A stretch of DNA of 64,000 bases from Anaeromyxobacteraceae bacterium (GCA_032654565.1 JAULAX010000002.1:175457-239456); one strand, 5' to 3'; positions 21,619 through 32,404 are shown, counted from the first letter of the stretch. A program made the numbers and translations. The notes: generated by a model not told the origin, from the letters alone.

Positions 21619-23021
21619 TGCGCACCCAACTCTTCGTCGGAATCGCCGCGCTCGCCGCCCTGACCGGCTGCGGGCTGGAGAACATCTTCGGGAACGCCGG
21701 CCACGCGCCCTACGACCGGCCCGCCTCGCGCATCACCGGGACCCTGCAGGAGGGCGTCCCCGCCACCAGGCTGGCGGTGCTGGACGGCGCCGGGAACGGG
21801 CTGGAGCCCTTCCAGGTGACCGCGGGAGGCGGCGGCTACGAGATCCGCCTCCCCTCATCCAAGTACGCCTTCATCCGGATCCAGGGGCGCGGCGGCAACG
21901 CCCAGTGGCGCGCCCTGGTCCCCTTCGTCGGGGAGGAGTCCTCGACCGTGGAGAACCTGGACGCCCGGTCGCTGACCGAGGTGCTCCTGGTGGAGGCCTG
22001 GCTGGGCGCCAGGGGGAAGAAGTTCCTCCAGCTCAATCCGGCGGCCCACCTCGGCGACGGCTTGACCAGCGGCACCCGGACCCTGATCCGGCGCGACATG
22101 GACACCGCGGGGACGCCGACGGCGCAGCTCCTCGGCATGGTCACCAGGGTCCTCACCCGGGTCAACCTCTCGGCCGGCTCCGTCGACCCGGACTTCTTCG
22201 GGGTGCCGGAGATGACCGGCTGGACGGTGAAGACCAGCCCCCTCGGCGCCGGCTTCCTGACCCGCAACCCGCTCGACTACGACTCCGACGGCATCGCCGA
22301 GAGCGACAGCGCCAAGTTCGACGCCAAGCTGGCCGAGGCGGCCCAGCGCTACAACCCGGCCGGCTGCGCCGACCCGAGCCGGGTGCGGGTGCTGTTCACC
22401 TCCGACTTCCGGGCCAACAAGCTCGACGGCAACTGCGGCGTCATCAACCGCTTCAAGTGGGCGGTGGACAAGCCGGGCAAGTCGATGTTCTTCGTCGGCT
22501 GGGTCCACCAGGACTCGCCGGTCCAGGACGACAAGGCCGACCAGCTGCTCGGCGCCGGAACCCCCAACATGGTCCGCATGTACGACGACGGGACCAACGG
22601 CGACGAGGTGGCCGGCGACGGCATCTGGACCGTCAGCTTCGACCTGCCGCCGGGGCTGCGGGTCGGCTACAAGTACACGTGGGGGACCAGTGGGGCCCCC
22701 TGGACCGGCAGCGAGGAGTGGCCGGGCAACTCCCGCCTCCTCGAGGTGCTCGACGTCGGCCCCATCGACCCGGCCACCGGCCAGGGCGATAACTTCGTCT
22801 ACCGGCGCGACGTGTTCGGCGACGAGGCCACCAACAAGGACCGCAGCAACCAGAACGGCTCGTCCGACAAGGGGGCCATCACCTGGACCACCGACATGCA
22901 CGGCTGCGGACCCGAGGTCCGCGAGCAACCCTTCACCGACGGTAACGCTTGCGTGTGTGGCACGTCCTGGCACACGCCGGAGTCCGTGGGGCCCCTCACC
23001 GTAGCCTGCACGGGCCCCTGA
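21618..23021 (+). CDS. Lipoprotein with CBM20-like domain carrying a DDGxxGDxxxxDG insert
   Basis: Lipobox LTGC; TGATG coupling to the barrel gene. GKSMFFVG...MYDDGTNGDEVAGDGIWT...LPPGLRVGYKYTWG...EEWPGNSRLL. Confidence 0.7.
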   Translation: MRTQLFVGIAALAALTGCGLENIFGNAGHAPYDRPASRITGTLQEGVPATRLAVLDGAGNGLEPFQVTAGGGGYEIRLPSSKYAFIRIQGRGGNAQWRALVPFVGEESSTVENLDARSLTEVLLVEAWLGARGKKFLQLNPAAHLGDGLTSGTRTLIRRDMDTAGTPTAQLLGMVTRVLTRVNLSAGSVDPDFFGVPEMTGWTVKTSPLGAGFLTRNPLDYDSDGIAESDSAKFDAKLAEAAQRYNPAGCADPSRVRVLFTSDFRANKLDGNCGVINRFKWAVDKPGKSMFFVGWVHQDSPVQDDKADQLLGAGTPNMVRMYDDGTNGDEVAGDGIWTVSFDLPPGLRVGYKYTWGTSGAPWTGSEEWPGNSRLLEVLDVGPIDPATGQGDNFVYRRDVFGDEATNKDRSNQNGSSDKGAITWTTDMHGCGPEVREQPFTDGNACVCGTSWHTPESVGPLTVACTGP

Positions 23022-23073
23022 CCACCGCGCCCGGCAGGTGACCGGGCGCGCCTCGACACCAAGGAGCATCACA

Positions 23074-24036
23074 ATGAAGCGTCTGACCCTCATCTGCTCG
23101 GCCCTGCTCGCCTTCGGGCTGGTGGCCTGCAGCGACACCACCACCACCAACATCCCGCCTCCCTGCACCCCGTCCCTCTGGGCCAACAACACCATCCCGC
23201 CCTGCACCGTCCCGGTGAACTTCTCCGTCGACGACACCGCCAACAAGGCCTTCAAGAACGGCGGCGACATCCTCTGGAAGGGCTCGTTCCAGTACGACGC
23301 CCCCCACCGGATCGCCTACAAGGACTCGAGCTGGGGCGGGCCGTACGTGCCGCTCTATGACGACGGCCCCTGGACCGGCTGGGTGGACACCTCGGTGACC
23401 CCGGCGGTGACCCGCTACGGCCACGAGCCGAAGGGCTCGTTCGCCAAGGACAACATCTGGGGCGCCACCGTCTTCGTCTATCCCCCGGCCACCGGCACCG
23501 ACACCTGGGAGTACGGCCTGGTCGACAACCTCTACGAGATCTTCCACGGCAACGGCTGGATGTGGAAGGGCGCCAACGGCACCTTCACGGTGGCCGCCAA
23601 CGCCACCGCCCCCGTCGACGCGCTCGGCATGACCATCGCCAAGTTCGGCGACGTCGACTTCCGGCTCGAGCTCGACTCCGCCAACCTGGCGGTCAAGGCG
23701 CCGCCCTTCACCACGGCCACCTCGGTCAAGGTGAAGAGCTCGATCTGGGGCTGGGGCGAGTACCCGCTGGTCAGCGTCGGCGGCGGCATCTACTCGCTGA
23801 CCCTCTCGCAGAACTTCGGCCCCGGGACCCAGTTCCCGCACACCGGCCTCCTCAAGTCGGCCGACAAGCCCGAGTTCGTCTTCGTCCTCGACGGCGCAGA
23901 GTACAAGGTCTCCTCGGTGCCGCCGACCACGGGCGTCAAGGCCTTCACCAAGGCGGCCGCCGCCGGCTCCCTCTGGGTCGAGCAGACGGTCGTCAACCTG
24001 GTCAGCAACGGCAACACCTCGATCACCGTTCCGTAG
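23074..24036 (+). CDS. Lipoprotein with two Trp-rich beta-sandwich (CBM-like) domains
   Basis: AAGGAG RBS and lipobox LVAC. Second domain VKVKSSIWGW..YPL...GGIYSLTL...PEFVFVLDG resembles CBM48/AMPK-beta starch-binding folds. Confidence 0.7.
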   Translation: MKRLTLICSALLAFGLVACSDTTTTNIPPPCTPSLWANNTIPPCTVPVNFSVDDTANKAFKNGGDILWKGSFQYDAPHRIAYKDSSWGGPYVPLYDDGPWTGWVDTSVTPAVTRYGHEPKGSFAKDNIWGATVFVYPPATGTDTWEYGLVDNLYEIFHGNGWMWKGANGTFTVAANATAPVDALGMTIAKFGDVDFRLELDSANLAVKAPPFTTATSVKVKSSIWGWGEYPLVSVGGGIYSLTLSQNFGPGTQFPHTGLLKSADKPEFVFVLDGAEYKVSSVPPTTGVKAFTKAAAAGSLWVEQTVVNLVSNGNTSITVP

Positions 24037-24051
24037 CCGCTGTTCGCATCC

Positions 24052-24085
24052 CGGGGCCGGCGGGGGATCACCTCCGCCGGCCCCG
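24052..24085 (+). terminator. Strong intergenic hairpin (partial terminator or mRNA stabiliser)
   Basis: CGGGGCCGGCGG...CCGCCGGCCCCG 12-bp stem followed by TCTCATTTT. Confidence 0.55.
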
Positions 24086-24109
24086 TCTCATTTTCCCCGG
24101 GGGACTCAC

Positions 24110-25351
24110 ATGCGCCTCGCCGCGCTCTCGCTGCTCCTCGCCGCCCTGGTCACGCCCGCCCCGGCCATCGCCGGGCGCCCCGTCCAGGTGGTCTCCTTCG
24201 AGGACGACGCCCACGACGCCACCGGCCCCGGCAGCTACACGCCGCCGGGCGACACCGCCTTCCAGGAGGGCGACTTCGACCTGCGCCGCTTCGCCGTGCT
24301 CACCGACGGTGACGATGTCCTCTTCGTGGTGACCCTCGGCGCCGCCATCCGCACCCCGTCGGTCACCGCCCAGTCCGGATCGACGCCGCTCGAGCTCTCG
24401 AACGGCCTCTACCTGCAGAACATCGACATCTACCTCGACACCGACCCCACGCCCGGCGCCGGCTCCTCCGCCTGCATCCCGGGGCGGCGGGTGACCTTCG
24501 CCGACGGCCGCACCTGGGAGGCGGCGGTGGTGCTGACGCCCCGGCCCGGCCCGGCGCGGGCCGTCACCGAGGACGCCCTGGGGCGCCTCGCCGACCGGGT
24601 GCACTTCGCCGAGCGGCTGCTGGTCCAGGGGCGCACCCTCACCGCCCGGGTCCCGGCCGCGTGGCTCGGTGGCTTCCCCCAGCCTGGCTGGGGCTACTCG
24701 GTCCACGTCTCCGGCGCCAGCTGGGAGCAGAGCTACGGCGTCACCAGCCGCTTCCGGGGGACGCACGAGCCGGACGCCTTCACCATGCCGGTGCTGACCA
24801 CGCCCGAGGCCTTCGCCTTCGGCGGAGCGCCCATGGGCTCGGCCCACCCGCGCGTGGTCGACGTGCTGCTGCCGCCCGGCGCCGACCAGGCCGCGGTGCT
24901 CGGCTCCTTCGACGCCCGCAGCGGCGCCTTCGCCCGCGTCCCCTTCGTCTACGGCAGGCCGCCCGGCCCGGCCCCGGCCACCGCGGCGCTCCCCGAGGGC
25001 ACCCCACCGTCGGCCGCACCCGCCCCATACCAGGTGGTCGACGTCTCCGGCACCATGATCAGCCTCTCCGGGCCGGGCAAGGAGCTCAAGGCCATGCAGC
25101 TCGGCGTCGTGCTCGGATCGAAGGGCGAGCCGGTGGCGCGGCTGGTGATCATCCAGGTGATGGAGAAGGGGGCGGTGGCCAGCGCCGTGGACGGCGTCGA
25201 TCGGATCGTGCCCGGGTCCCGGATCCGCTTCGAGCCTCCGCCCCGGACGGCGCCGCTGGCCTCGCCGCCCGCGTCGCTGCCCGCCCCACCGCCCGGCCCC
25301 GTCGAGGGGCCTGCCGAGGCGCCGCGCCCGCCCGCCCCGACTACCCCTTGA
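24110..25351 (+). CDS. Second secreted DOMON-like (glucodextranase-type) protein with an extra C-terminal beta domain
   Basis: Signal peptide. FEDDAHDATGPGSYTPP..FQEGDFDL...NGLYLQNIDIYLDT; paralogous to 18755..19612. Confidence 0.78.
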   Translation: MRLAALSLLLAALVTPAPAIAGRPVQVVSFEDDAHDATGPGSYTPPGDTAFQEGDFDLRRFAVLTDGDDVLFVVTLGAAIRTPSVTAQSGSTPLELSNGLYLQNIDIYLDTDPTPGAGSSACIPGRRVTFADGRTWEAAVVLTPRPGPARAVTEDALGRLADRVHFAERLLVQGRTLTARVPAAWLGGFPQPGWGYSVHVSGASWEQSYGVTSRFRGTHEPDAFTMPVLTTPEAFAFGGAPMGSAHPRVVDVLLPPGADQAAVLGSFDARSGAFARVPFVYGRPPGPAPATAALPEGTPPSAAPAPYQVVDVSGTMISLSGPGKELKAMQLGVVLGSKGEPVARLVIIQVMEKGAVASAVDGVDRIVPGSRIRFEPPPRTAPLASPPASLPAPPPGPVEGPAEAPRPPAPTTP

Positions 25352-26222
25352 CGCTGCCGGCGGTCAGGCCGCCGACCAGGTACTTCTGCAGGTAGAGGAA
25401 GAGCACCACCACCGGGATGGAGACGATGATCGATCCGGCGGCGAAGTAGCCCCACTGCTGCTGGAAGCCGCCCACGAAGAACCGCAGCGCCACCGGCGCC
25501 GTGTACATGTTCTCCTGGTCCATGAAGGTGGCGGCCAGGATGAACTCGTTCCAGGCGGTCATGAAGGAGAAGAGCGCGGTGATGGCGATGGCCGGCAGCG
25601 CCAGCGGCAGCACGATGCGCCAGAAGATCATCCCCGGCCCCGCCCCCTCGATGATGGCCGCCTCCTCCAGCTCCTTGGGGATGGTGTCGAAGTAGCCCTT
25701 GAGCATCCAGACCGAGAAGGGGATCGAGGTGGTGGCGTAGACGATGATCAGCCCCAGCCGCGTCGAGCCCAGCCCCAGCCACTGCACGATGATGATGTAG
25801 AGCGGGATGAGCGTGAGCACGCCGGGGAACATCTGCGACACCAGGAAGGCCATCATGCCGGCCCGCCGCCCCGGGAACTTGAAGCGGGAGAAGGCGTAGG
25901 CCGCGGTGCAGGAGAGGAAGACGCCCACCAGCGTGGTGGCCAGGGCCACCGCCATGCTGTTGAGCACCCAGCGGGCGAAGGGCTGGTCATTGAAGACCGA
26001 GACGAAGTTGGCCGTCGACCACTGGGCCGGCCACGGGGTCACGGCGCGGAGCCGGTCCAGGAAGCCGGGCTCGGCCGGCAGGTCGGCGATGGCCAGGCTC
26101 TGCTTGCCGGAGAAGGCGATGGTGACCACCCAGAGCACCGGGTAGACGGTGTAGAGCACCACCAGCGCCAGGAAGGCGTGGAGCAGCCCGTGCGGCACCT
26201 TCTCTTCGCGCGCGCCGGACAT
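25341..26222 (-). CDS. malG: Maltose/maltodextrin ABC permease
   Basis: AYAFSRFKFPGR, QMFP, LKGYFDTIPKELEEAAIIEGA (EAA loop), GLTAGSVKG. Confidence 0.92.
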   Translation of the reverse strand: MSGAREEKVPHGLLHAFLALVVLYTVYPVLWVVTIAFSGKQSLAIADLPAEPGFLDRLRAVTPWPAQWSTANFVSVFNDQPFARWVLNSMAVALATTLVGVFLSCTAAYAFSRFKFPGRRAGMMAFLVSQMFPGVLTLIPLYIIIVQWLGLGSTRLGLIIVYATTSIPFSVWMLKGYFDTIPKELEEAAIIEGAGPGMIFWRIVLPLALPAIAITALFSFMTAWNEFILAATFMDQENMYTAPVALRFFVGGFQQQWGYFAAGSIIVSIPVVVLFLYLQKYLVGGLTAGSVKG

Positions 26223-26253
26223 CAGTGCTCCTTCCCTGGCCGGAGGCGGTCCA

Positions 26254-28209
26254 CTAGACGCCCTCCGTGGCCTTGGTGACCCGGTTCTGGATGTTTCCGT
26301 AGACCAGCAGGATGCCGAAGATCACCGTGGCGTAGGCCGCGGCGTAGCCGTACTGGTACTTCTGGAAGGCGAACTTGTAGGCCTGGGTGATGAGGATCTC
26401 GGTGGACCCGTTGGGATCGCCGCCGGTCACCAGGAAGATGATGTTGAACATGTTGAAGGTCCAGACCACCGAGAGGATCACCGCCGGGACCAGCGCCGGC
26501 TTCAGCGACGGCAGGGTGATGGCGGTGAACTGCTGCCAGCGGGTGGCGCCGTCCACCCGGGCCGCCTCGTAGAGGTCGGCCGGGATCGACTGCAGGGCGC
26601 CCAGCGAGACCACCATCATGAAGGGGAAGCTGAGCCAGCCGTTGGTGGCCAGCGCCGTCAGGTAGGAGGTGAAGGGGGTGTCGAACCAGGAGATGGGCTC
26701 CAGGCCGGCCATGGCCAGCACCTGGTTCACCACGCCGAACTGCTGGTGGAACATCCCCTTCCAGATCAGCGCGGTGATGTAGTTGGGCATGGCCCAGGGC
26801 AGGATCAGCAGCACCCGGTAGATGGGGCGGAAGGCCAGCCCCTTGGTGTTGAGCACCAGCGCCAGGACCAGGCCGAAGGTGACGCCGAAGGTGACGTTGG
26901 TGATGGTCCAGATCACCGTGAAGAGGAAGGTCCAGTAGAAGTTGAGGTAGTTCCAGACCAGGGCGCCGTCGGCGCCGCGCCGGGCGATGCCGAAGTCGGA
27001 GAGGATGGCGACGTAGTTGCGGAAGCCGACCCAGAGCTCCGAGAGCGGCGCGCCGGTGTTGTAGATGTTGGAGGAGGTGAAGCTCAGGGCGATGCCGTAG
27101 ATGAACGGGAAGAAGACCAGCACGGTGGTGCCGAGCATGGCCGGGGCGATGTAGCGGTAGGCCTGCCGGTGGACCACCAGGGCCCGCCCGAAGCGGTAGA
27201 TCAGCCCGGAGCCGACCAGCCCCAGCCCCAGCAGCCCCAGCAGCCCCGCCGCCACCAGCGCCCCGGTGGCGTCGCCGCGCGCCTTCCTCACCTCGGCCGC
27301 CGCCTGGGCCTCGACCAGCTGGCCGGAGGGGCCGATCAGCCCCCGCGGCCGCCGCATCTGGTCGACGTCCCAGCGCCCGGCGTCGAGCCCCGGCCCGGCC
27401 GCCAGCCCCTGGGCCGCCAGCAGCCGCTCGGCGCCCGCCTTCACCTCGCCGGCGTGGCGGGAGAGCTCCCGCTGCGCCGCCCGGTAGTCCTGCTCGAGCC
27501 GCCCCACCTCCGAGGCGCCCAGCCCGCCGACGCCGGCCAGCAGCAGCGCCGCGGCCAGGAGCCCCAGCGACCAGCCCCGGGGCGGCAGCATCCGCGCCGC
27601 CAACCAGAAGGCGCCGAGCAGCACGGCGACGCCGAGCAGCTCCCGCCACGGCCCGGGCGCCCGGGGCGGCGGCTCCGGCGGCAGGTCGACCTGCACCAGG
27701 CCGACCACCGCCCCGTCCAGCTCCAGCGGCGCCGCCAGCCGCAGCCCGCCGGAAGGCAGCCGCTCCACCTCGCGCTCGCGCTTGGTGGCGCCGCCCTCCC
27801 GGTTCCCGTCCACCGCGCCGCGCAGCCGCTGGCCGCGGTCGAAGAGCACCTTGTCCTCCGGCGAGCTCCGCGCCAGCCGCCGCGGCGCCGCCAGCTCGCC
27901 CACGTCCACACGGGCGGTGGAGGCCTCGAGCTGCGCCCCGGAGAGCCGGACCACCCGCACCTCGGTCCCGGCCGGCTGCCCCGCCTGCCAGGCCGCCAGC
28001 AGGGCGCGCAGCGGCTCGCCCTCTCCCCCGGCCCGCTGCGCCAGCAGGTCGAGGGCCATGGCCGTCACCGCCCCCCGCCGCATGGCCAGCTCCTCGCGCA
28101 GGTTGGCCTGCTCGCCGCGCAGCAGCGCCCAGGCCCCGCCCACGCCCAGGGCCAGCGCCAGGGCCAGCCCCAGGGTGAAGCGGCGACGGAGGGTGCGGGG
28201 ATCGTTCAC
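26254..28209 (-). CDS. malF: Maltose/maltodextrin ABC permease with large N-terminal extension
   Basis: C-terminal half YRVLLILPWAMPNYITALIWKGMF...WLSFPFMM...ALQSIPADLYEAARVDGA. Confidence 0.9.
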   Translation of the reverse strand: MNDPRTLRRRFTLGLALALALGVGGAWALLRGEQANLREELAMRRGAVTAMALDLLAQRAGGEGEPLRALLAAWQAGQPAGTEVRVVRLSGAQLEASTARVDVGELAAPRRLARSSPEDKVLFDRGQRLRGAVDGNREGGATKREREVERLPSGGLRLAAPLELDGAVVGLVQVDLPPEPPPRAPGPWRELLGVAVLLGAFWLAARMLPPRGWSLGLLAAALLLAGVGGLGASEVGRLEQDYRAAQRELSRHAGEVKAGAERLLAAQGLAAGPGLDAGRWDVDQMRRPRGLIGPSGQLVEAQAAAEVRKARGDATGALVAAGLLGLLGLGLVGSGLIYRFGRALVVHRQAYRYIAPAMLGTTVLVFFPFIYGIALSFTSSNIYNTGAPLSELWVGFRNYVAILSDFGIARRGADGALVWNYLNFYWTFLFTVIWTITNVTFGVTFGLVLALVLNTKGLAFRPIYRVLLILPWAMPNYITALIWKGMFHQQFGVVNQVLAMAGLEPISWFDTPFTSYLTALATNGWLSFPFMMVVSLGALQSIPADLYEAARVDGATRWQQFTAITLPSLKPALVPAVILSVVWTFNMFNIIFLVTGGDPNGSTEILITQAYKFAFQKYQYGYAAAYATVIFGILLVYGNIQNRVTKATEGV

Positions 28210-28210
28210 G

Positions 28211-29422
28211 TCACTTGCCCTTGCGCAGGCCGGCCACGTCCTTCTCCACCGCCTTCTGGGCGGTGTCGAGGGCGCCCTGGGGCGAGGCCCCGGCGTTGAT
28301 CTTGTTGAGGGCGGTGGTGGCCGGCGACCAGACCATGGTCATCTCCGGGACGTTGGGCATGGGGACCGCCACCTCCACCTGCTTCTTGAAGGCGGAGATC
28401 TGGGCGTCCCGGGCCACCGCGGGATCGTCGTAGACCGCCTTGACCGCCGGCGTGAAGCGCCCCTCCAGCGCCAGCACCTTGGCCGCCTCGACGTCGGTCA
28501 GGTACTTCACCAGCTCGAAGGCCGCCTCCTTCTGCTTCGACGGGGCGGCGATGAAGACCCCCTCCACCGTCATCCAGGGGCGCATGGGCTTGCCGCCCGC
28601 CTCGCTGATGCCGGGCAGCGGCGCCAGCCCGTACTCGACGCCGGCGGCGATCTCGCCGAGGAACCAGGGGCCGGAGAAGACCATGGCCGCCTTGCCCTCG
28701 TTGAAGAGCGAGGTGATGAGCGCCACCGACGGCTCGGCCGGCATGAAGCCGGCCTTGTTCCAGCCCTGCAGCTGCGCCATCCCGGTGACGTTGGCCGGGG
28801 CGTTGAGCGTCGGCTTGGTGCCGGGGCCGAAGACGGCGCCGCCGTTGCCGTTGAGCAGCGAGGCCACGTAGTAGAAGTCGTTGTAGGCCCAGGCCAGCCC
28901 GAACTTGCCGGCCGGCTTGTTGGTGAGCGCGGCGCCGACCTTGTAGAGCTCGGCGGTGGTCTTCGGCGGCGTGGCGATCAGCTTCTTGTTGTAGATGAGG
29001 GTGATCACCTTGTAGTCGAGCGGCAGGCCCCAGAGGCTGCCGCGGTAGGTGAGCGCCTCGATGGTGGTGGGGATGTACTTCTTCTTGAGGGCGTCATCGA
29101 CGAAGAAGTCGATGGGCTCGACGGTGTTGCCGGCCTCGATCCAGCCGCCCATGCGGTCCTGGGCGTAGATGAAGACGTCCGGCCCCTTGCCGCGCGGCAC
29201 CGCCGCCGAGACCTTGTCGGCGAAGGCGTCGAAGGGGACGGCCAGCGGCTCGGCCTTCACCTTGGTGCCGGGGCGGGCGTTGAAGGCGGCGATCACCTTC
29301 TCGAAGGCGGCCTTCTCCCCGCCCCGGTAGGCGTGCCAGATCACCAGCCTGGCGCCTTGCGCCGCGGCCGCGGCCGGCAGGGCCAGCGCGGCGGTGAGGA
29401 GGAGCAGTGTCAGCTTGCGCAT
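28211..29422 (-). CDS. malE: Maltose/maltodextrin-binding periplasmic protein
   Basis: Signal peptide; GKGPDVFIYAQDRMGGW, LIYNKKLI..PPKT, FNEGKAAM...GPW, PMPNVPEMTMVW. Confidence 0.92.
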   Translation of the reverse strand: MRKLTLLLLTAALALPAAAAAQGARLVIWHAYRGGEKAAFEKVIAAFNARPGTKVKAEPLAVPFDAFADKVSAAVPRGKGPDVFIYAQDRMGGWIEAGNTVEPIDFFVDDALKKKYIPTTIEALTYRGSLWGLPLDYKVITLIYNKKLIATPPKTTAELYKVGAALTNKPAGKFGLAWAYNDFYYVASLLNGNGGAVFGPGTKPTLNAPANVTGMAQLQGWNKAGFMPAEPSVALITSLFNEGKAAMVFSGPWFLGEIAAGVEYGLAPLPGISEAGGKPMRPWMTVEGVFIAAPSKQKEAAFELVKYLTDVEAAKVLALEGRFTPAVKAVYDDPAVARDAQISAFKKQVEVAVPMPNVPEMTMVWSPATTALNKINAGASPQGALDTAQKAVEKDVAGLRKGK

Positions 29423-29442
29423 GGGTGGGTCTCCCTGGTGGA

Positions 29443-30537
<1,095 letters not shown>

Positions 30538-30570
30538 CGGGGATTCTCCTCGCCAAAGGTCCAAGGGTGC

Positions 30571-30586
30571 ATGACCATTATGTCAT
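30571..30586. promoter_or_regulatory. Palindromic candidate operator ATGAC-CATTAT-GTCAT
   Basis: Perfect 5-bp inverted repeat in the ~100-bp divergent gap between malK and the VIT1 gene. Confidence 0.5.
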
Positions 30587-30641
30587 TTCCCCGGTCTGGC
30601 GCACGCGCGGCCGCCGCCGCACCCCTGTTAGATTCCCGGCC

Positions 30642-31757
30642 ATGAACCCCCGCACCGACCTCTGGATGCAGAACCTCGTCGACGAGCGCGACGGCGCCGC
30701 CCTCTACGAGGGGCTGGCCAAGTACGAGAGCGACGCCGGCAAGGCCACCAGCTTCACCGAGCTGGCTGCCGCCGAGCGGCGCCACGCCGAGGTCTGGATC
30801 CGCAAGCTGGAGAAGGAGGGGGTGGCCATCCCCGCCGACCGGCCCTCCTCGCGCATCCGCGCCCTCATCTGGCTGGCGCGGCGGCTCGGCAGCGAGGCGG
30901 TGGTCCCCATGATCCTGGAGGCCGAGGCCGGCGACGCCGACAAGTACGACGCCCAGGGGGGCGACGCCTCGGCCATCGCCGACGAGGAGCGGGCCCACCG
31001 GGTGGTGCTGGCCGGCATGGGCGACGGCCAGACCCGCGACGCCCGGGCCCTGATCGCCGTGCGCGAGCGCTGGCACGGCAACAGCGGGCGGGCCGGCTCG
31101 GTCCGGGCGGCCATCTTCGGCATGAACGACGGCCTGCTCTCCAACCTCTCGCTGATCCTCGGCGTGGCCGGGGCGGGGGCCGACCCACACACCGTGGTGG
31201 TGACCGGCGTGGCCGGCCTGCTGGCCGGCGCCTTCTCCATGGCCGCCGGCGAGTACTCCTCGGTGGCCAGCCAGCGCGACCTGCTGACCCGCCAGGTGGA
31301 GCTGGAGAAGCGTGAGATCGAGGAGGCCCCGGAGGAGGAGGCGGCCGAGCTGGCGCTGATCTTCAAGCAGAAGGGGCTCTCCACCGAGCAGGCCTCCCGG
31401 GTGGCCGCCGAGATCCTCAAGAACCCGGCCCAGGCGGCCGACACCCTGGTGCGCGAGGAGCTCGGGCTCGACCCCGACGACCTCGGCTCGCCCTGGAACG
31501 CCGCCTGGTCCTCCTTCGTGATGTTCGCGGTGGGGGCCACGGTGCCGCTCATCCCCTTCCTGCTCACCACCGGGACCACGGCGGTGGCCACCTCCGCCGC
31601 GCTCGCCTTCGGCGTGCTCGGGCTGGTGGGCGGCTTCGTCGGCTTCCTCTCCGGCACCAGCATCTGGCGCTCGGCGGCGCGGATGGTCGGGCTGGCGCTG
31701 CTGGCGGCCGGCGTCACCTACGCGGTGGGGCGCGCCTTCGGGGCCTCGGTCGGGTAG
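30642..31757 (+). CDS. Ferritin/rubrerythrin-like domain fused to VIT1/CCC1 transporter (MbfA-like iron exporter)
   Basis: N-terminal E...ERRH...E...EERAH di-iron pattern; C-terminal RAAIFGMNDGL, AGAFSMAAGEYSSV, REELG. Confidence 0.88.
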   Translation: MNPRTDLWMQNLVDERDGAALYEGLAKYESDAGKATSFTELAAAERRHAEVWIRKLEKEGVAIPADRPSSRIRALIWLARRLGSEAVVPMILEAEAGDADKYDAQGGDASAIADEERAHRVVLAGMGDGQTRDARALIAVRERWHGNSGRAGSVRAAIFGMNDGLLSNLSLILGVAGAGADPHTVVVTGVAGLLAGAFSMAAGEYSSVASQRDLLTRQVELEKREIEEAPEEEAAELALIFKQKGLSTEQASRVAAEILKNPAQAADTLVREELGLDPDDLGSPWNAAWSSFVMFAVGATVPLIPFLLTTGTTAVATSAALAFGVLGLVGGFVGFLSGTSIWRSAARMVGLALLAAGVTYAVGRAFGASVG

Positions 31758-31765
31758 CGGCCCGC

Positions 31766-32404
31766 TCAGGGCACGCAGGTGGTCGAGGCGCACCCGCCCT
31801 TCAGCGAGCCGCAGAAGGCGGCGTCGGAGGCGGCGCAGATCGGCACGTCGAACGACCCGGCCAGCGTGCTGCCGTCGGTGGCGTGGGCGCTGGCCGAGCC
31901 GCGCAGCCGGGCCGGGCCGACCTCGTCGAGGACCAGCCGGTCGACCGTCCACTCCTTGGGGACGGGGAGCGGGGCGCAGGCCGGGCCGGTGCGGTCCAGG
32001 CCCGCCCAGAAGTGGTTCACCACGCCGTCGGCGTCGGCCATCCCGTTGGTGCCGGGGTCGTAGGTGCCGGGGACGATCGGCGCCACCGCGCCGCCCAGGG
32101 CGTTGCTCCGGGCCAGCGCCACCCAGGCGGTCACGGCGTCCGGGCGCTGGGCGCAGGTGGCGTGGTCGATGGCCAGGGCGCAGGCGCCGCCGACCGAGGA
32201 GAGCTGGATCCAGGCGAGGGCGTGCAGCCCGGGTCCGAGCGGCCCGCAGGCGATCGGCTCCACCAGGAACCCGGTGGCGTCGGCCGGCGTGAAGGGGGCC
32301 CCGGCGATGGTGCCGGCGAGGAGGGGCGGCCGCTGCGGGCCTGTGACGGGGGCGTCGCCGCAGGCGGCGGCGAGCAGCAGGGCGAGGGGGAGGGCGCGGC
32401 GCAT
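31766..32404 (-). CDS. Hypothetical Cys-rich lipoprotein
   Basis: MRRALPLALLLAAAC lipobox; multiple Cys; ends ...GSFDVPIC...CGSLKGGCASTTCVP. Confidence 0.7.
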   Translation of the reverse strand: MRRALPLALLLAAACGDAPVTGPQRPPLLAGTIAGAPFTPADATGFLVEPIACGPLGPGLHALAWIQLSSVGGACALAIDHATCAQRPDAVTAWVALARSNALGGAVAPIVPGTYDPGTNGMADADGVVNHFWAGLDRTGPACAPLPVPKEWTVDRLVLDEVGPARLRGSASAHATDGSTLAGSFDVPICAASDAAFCGSLKGGCASTTCVP

